A DNA stretch of 58,697 bases from Xanthobacteraceae bacterium. GTDB lineage: Bacteria > Pseudomonadota > Alphaproteobacteria > Rhizobiales > Xanthobacteraceae. The notes beneath the pieces were generated by a model. That model saw nothing but the letters and a program-made list of their open reading frames with translations. It had not been told where the DNA came from and made no database searches. The position numbers were made by a program, and so were the translations under genes. Each line of letters begins with the position of its first letter. Within the stretch, counting starts at the first letter, position 1. Location: positions 1-58,697 of the forward strand of contig JBOHIG010000073.1 in the NCBI GenBank assembly GCA_050725815.1, written 5' to 3'. Below are positions 56,321-58,697 of the stretch, piece after piece.

Positions 56321-56349
56321 CTTATATGGAGCGCGAAAAGCCAGGTCAA
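56321..56349 (-). promoter_or_regulatory. Sigma70-like promoter for the ilvI leader (TTGACC-N17-TATAAG)
   Basis: Minus strand: ttgacc tggcttttcgcgctcca tataag. The -35 element overlaps the miaA stop codon. Confidence 0.5.
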
Positions 56350-57302
56350 GGGGAATCCGCGCTCAAAATTCCCCGCCACGGCCCCTTGAACGCCGCTACC
56401 GCGGCCGAAAAGGCCTCATCGGGTCCCATCCAGGCCCAGTCGGGAAGCTGGTGGCGGAACCAGGTCGCCTGCCGCTTGGTGTAGCGGCGGGTGTCGCGCT
56501 TGCCGCCTTCGGCCGCCTCGTCGAGCGAAATCTCGCCGCGCAGGTGGCGGATCAGCCACGGTACCCCGTGCGCCTTCATCGCCGGCAGCCAGGGATCGAG
56601 GCCGCGCGCCGCCAGCGATCGCACCTCCTCCATGGCGCCGGCCGCCAGCATGGCGTCGAAGCGCACGCCGATGCGTCGGTAGAGCTCGGCGCGGTCGACC
56701 GCGAGGAAGATCTTGACCGCACGGCCGGCATCGACCGACGGCGGCATGCCCTCGCGGTGCCAGTCGGCGAGCGGCCGGCCGGTGGCCAGCACCACCTCCA
56801 GCGCGCGGGTGATGCGGGAGCGGTCGTTTGGCATCAGACGCTGCGCGGCGGCCGGATCGCGCTCGGCGAGGTCGGCGTGCAGCGCGGCCACGCCCTCGGA
56901 CTTGAGCCGCTCGCGCACCTTTGCGCGAATGGCCGCTGGCACTGGCGGCACCGCCGCCAGCCCCTGCGTCAGTGCCTTGAAATAGAGGCCAGTGCCGCCG
57001 ATGAGGATCGGGACGCGCCCTGCCCGCCCCGCCTCGGCGATCGCAGCCTGCGCATCCACGCACCAGCGCCCGACCGAATAGTTCTCCGCCGCATCGATAT
57101 GACCGTAGAGACGATGCGGCGCGCGGGCCTCCTCTTCCAAGCTTGGCCGCGCGGTGATGATGCACAGGTCGCGATAGACCTGCATCGAGTCGGCATTGAC
57201 GACAGTGCCGCCCAGCGCTTCGGCAAGCCTGAGCGCCAGCGCCGACTTGCCGCTCGCAGTCGGCCCGGCGAGGAGGATGGCCTGAGGAACGCGAGCAGGC
57301 AT
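56346..57302 (-). CDS. miaA: tRNA dimethylallyltransferase
   Basis: '[46 protein letters not shown]'. Confidence 0.95.
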   Translation of the reverse strand: MPARVPQAILLAGPTASGKSALALRLAEALGGTVVNADSMQVYRDLCIITARPSLEEEARAPHRLYGHIDAAENYSVGRWCVDAQAAIAEAGRAGRVPILIGGTGLYFKALTQGLAAVPPVPAAIRAKVRERLKSEGVAALHADLAERDPAAAQRLMPNDRSRITRALEVVLATGRPLADWHREGMPPSVDAGRAVKIFLAVDRAELYRRIGVRFDAMLAAGAMEEVRSLAARGLDPWLPAMKAHGVPWLIRHLRGEISLDEAAEGGKRDTRRYTKRQATWFRHQLPDWAWMGPDEAFSAAVAAFKGPWRGILSADSP

Positions 57303-58361
57303 TCAAAATCCGGGATAATGTAGTTCAAGCGATGCAATGTCATTTCGCCGCTCGCCAAAAGGGCCAAAGTCGTAGAGGTCGTCAGCGAGGCGGGTTATGA
57401 CGTCATTCAATTCGAGCCGTGTAATCCAATGCTCGGGGATGGCTTGGGTGCCGGCCATAGCGCCATAGATGTTGCCTGCGATGGCAGCGGTGGAGTCGCT
57501 GTCACCAGAGTGATTGGCGGCAGTCAGGACCGCCTCGGTGAAGTCATCTGCCCGGTCGACGGCAAACACGGCAATCGCAACCGCCTCATCCGCAGTCCAG
57601 CCGCCGCCGACGATTTCGATGCTCTCTGGCGCACGGGTCGCCTTCCGGGCGAGCAAGCGGGCGTGTTCGATTTGGTGGAGGAATTCATGCCCCGCGTCGG
57701 AAGCCTGCGTAGCCGCGTTGGACATGGCGAGAGCCTGATCAAATTCTAGGCCTCGCACGAGGCCGGCAATCAGCACAGTCAGCCATCCGGCTGGAACAAT
57801 TCCCAGCGGATGCCCGTGCGTAAGCGCGGCCACCTCACATGCGAGTTCAAAAAGGTCGTTATCCGGACGGTCTGAAAGGAGCAGACCTATTGGTGCAGTT
57901 TTCATTGCCGTGCCACAGCCCTTGCTGGTGTTTTTTGCCGGCTGACCAAATGACGTTTTTTCTGCGAGCGCTGTGAGACATGTCGTACCGGGTGCACGGC
58001 GTTCATGCAGCGCCGGTTCGGCGTACAACCAACTACTTTCCCAAGCCGCATTTGCTTGAGGGCGGATGCCTTGGGTAGATAGCCAACGCAAATTGGCTAC
58101 ATCGACGATGCTCGGAATATGCACGATGCCCTTGGACCTTCCGCGCACGAGCGCCCTCAACAAGCCCTCCGCGGTAAACAAGGTCATTTGCGTGTCGTCG
58201 GTAATTGCGCCAACCCTTCCATAGGCCGGCGCAAAGTCTGCGATGCCCGCGGCCCCGAATCGCGCCACGATATCGCCGTGGGAGAGGAACTCTACCGGAG
58301 CGCCGAGCGCATCCCCTACGGCTCCGCCAAGCAGACAGCCGCGATACCGTGAGCGGTCCAT
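57303..58361 (-). CDS. ADP-ribosylglycohydrolase (ARH/DraG) family protein
   Basis: 'YRGCLLGGAVGDALGAPVEF...ITDDTQMTLF...GDSDSTAAIAGNIYGA'. Its TGA stop directly abuts the miaA ATG (TGAATG). Confidence 0.85.
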   Translation of the reverse strand: MDRSRYRGCLLGGAVGDALGAPVEFLSHGDIVARFGAAGIADFAPAYGRVGAITDDTQMTLFTAEGLLRALVRGRSKGIVHIPSIVDVANLRWLSTQGIRPQANAAWESSWLYAEPALHERRAPGTTCLTALAEKTSFGQPAKNTSKGCGTAMKTAPIGLLLSDRPDNDLFELACEVAALTHGHPLGIVPAGWLTVLIAGLVRGLEFDQALAMSNAATQASDAGHEFLHQIEHARLLARKATRAPESIEIVGGGWTADEAVAIAVFAVDRADDFTEAVLTAANHSGDSDSTAAIAGNIYGAMAGTQAIPEHWITRLELNDVITRLADDLYDFGPFGERRNDIASLELHYPGF

Positions 58362-58511
58362 GGGCTGCCTCCCCGTGTCGGCGTTGGACGAAGAGCTCAG
58401 AGGTGGAACAATGCCGTCTAACCCATTTTAGCCCCTTGCGGCCTCGATCGCTTCACCATGGGTGATCAGAATCTTATCGCGATGTGGTCAGGGACACGAT
58501 TCGCGCCGATG

Positions 58512-58549
58512 CAAACAGATCGGCGGCCGCGATCGCTCACGGCCGCCGG
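58512..58549 (-). terminator. Hairpin (CGGCGGCCG/CGGCCGCCG) followed by a T-containing tract, downstream of a gene that runs off the window end
   Basis: Minus strand: ccGGCGGCCGtgagcgatcgCGGCCGCCgatctgtttgc. Confidence 0.45.
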
Positions 58550-58588
58550 CCTGAACACATCATGCGCCGCCCTTTAGCGGCGCAGCCG

Positions 58589-58697
58589 CTACGCCGTCAG
58601 CGCATTACCATACGCGCCAGCAGCGCCGCACCAGGCGGCCCCGCCACCAGCGGCGGCGGCATACCAACCGCCCGCGACGCCAGCCGCGGCGCCAACG
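58589..58697 (-). CDS. Possible 3' end of a Gly/Ala-rich (glycine-zipper-like) small protein, truncated by the window edge
   Basis: The frame ending '...GAAAGVAGGWYAAAAGGGAAWCGAAGAYGNALTA*' has a terminator-like hairpin downstream. All three frames are open here, so support is weak. Confidence 0.25.
   Translation of the reverse strand, partial: VGAAAGVAGGWYAAAAGGGAAWCGAAGAYGNALTA

Noticed and set aside
58560-58697. Plus-strand ORF 'MRRPLAAQPLRRQRITIRASSAAPGG...' at the window end
   Set aside because: All frames are open in this GC-rich stretch. The minus-strand Gly/Ala-rich frame with a downstream hairpin is slightly more plausible, and neither can be confirmed.

Overview
High-GC alphaproteobacterial chromosomal segment (sampled 60-nt lines are mostly about 62-68% GC). 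The REP-like intergenic palindromes, several orphan Bug/TctC solute-binding paralogues and the miaA-ilvIH-ilvC and leuA context resemble Bradyrhizobium/Rhodopseudomonas-type (Nitrobacteraceae) DNA; this is inference, no search was run. I support about 50 protein genes, one tRNA-Lys(CUU), several intrinsic terminators, two candidate leader-peptide attenuators (leuA, ilvI) and several families of intergenic palindromic repeats. Housekeeping content: cytochrome bd oxidase, rnhB, mipZ, leuA, ilvC/ilvH/ilvI, miaA, idi and transporters (TAXI-TRAP, Opu-type ABC, NCS2, MFS). I saw no transposase, integrase, CRISPR array or rRNA. Many long ORFs in the supplied track are antisense or frame shadows of real genes, typical of high GC, and several real genes start well inside their track ORF. 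Best candidates for an undescribed system: (1) a MarR-associated prFMN locus at 15.2-22.6 kb, with UbiX, two divergent UbiD-family paralogues bracketing an acyl-CoA ligase, a hotdog thioesterase and Idi; (2) a tandemly duplicated two-gene cassette at 47.5-52.4 kb, an MBOAT O-acyltransferase plus a membrane-anchored protein with SGNH-like GNS and DxxH motifs, with no glycan-synthesis genes nearby; (3) an apparent MFS-MFS-Bug operon at 23.9-27.5 kb. A lower-GC islet sits 3' of tRNA-Lys (hicBA-type TA pair, outer-membrane barrel gene, a 124-bp duplicated gene fragment). Lower-GC single genes (RTX/CARDB-like protein, ADP-ribosylglycohydrolase abutting miaA) also merit a look.
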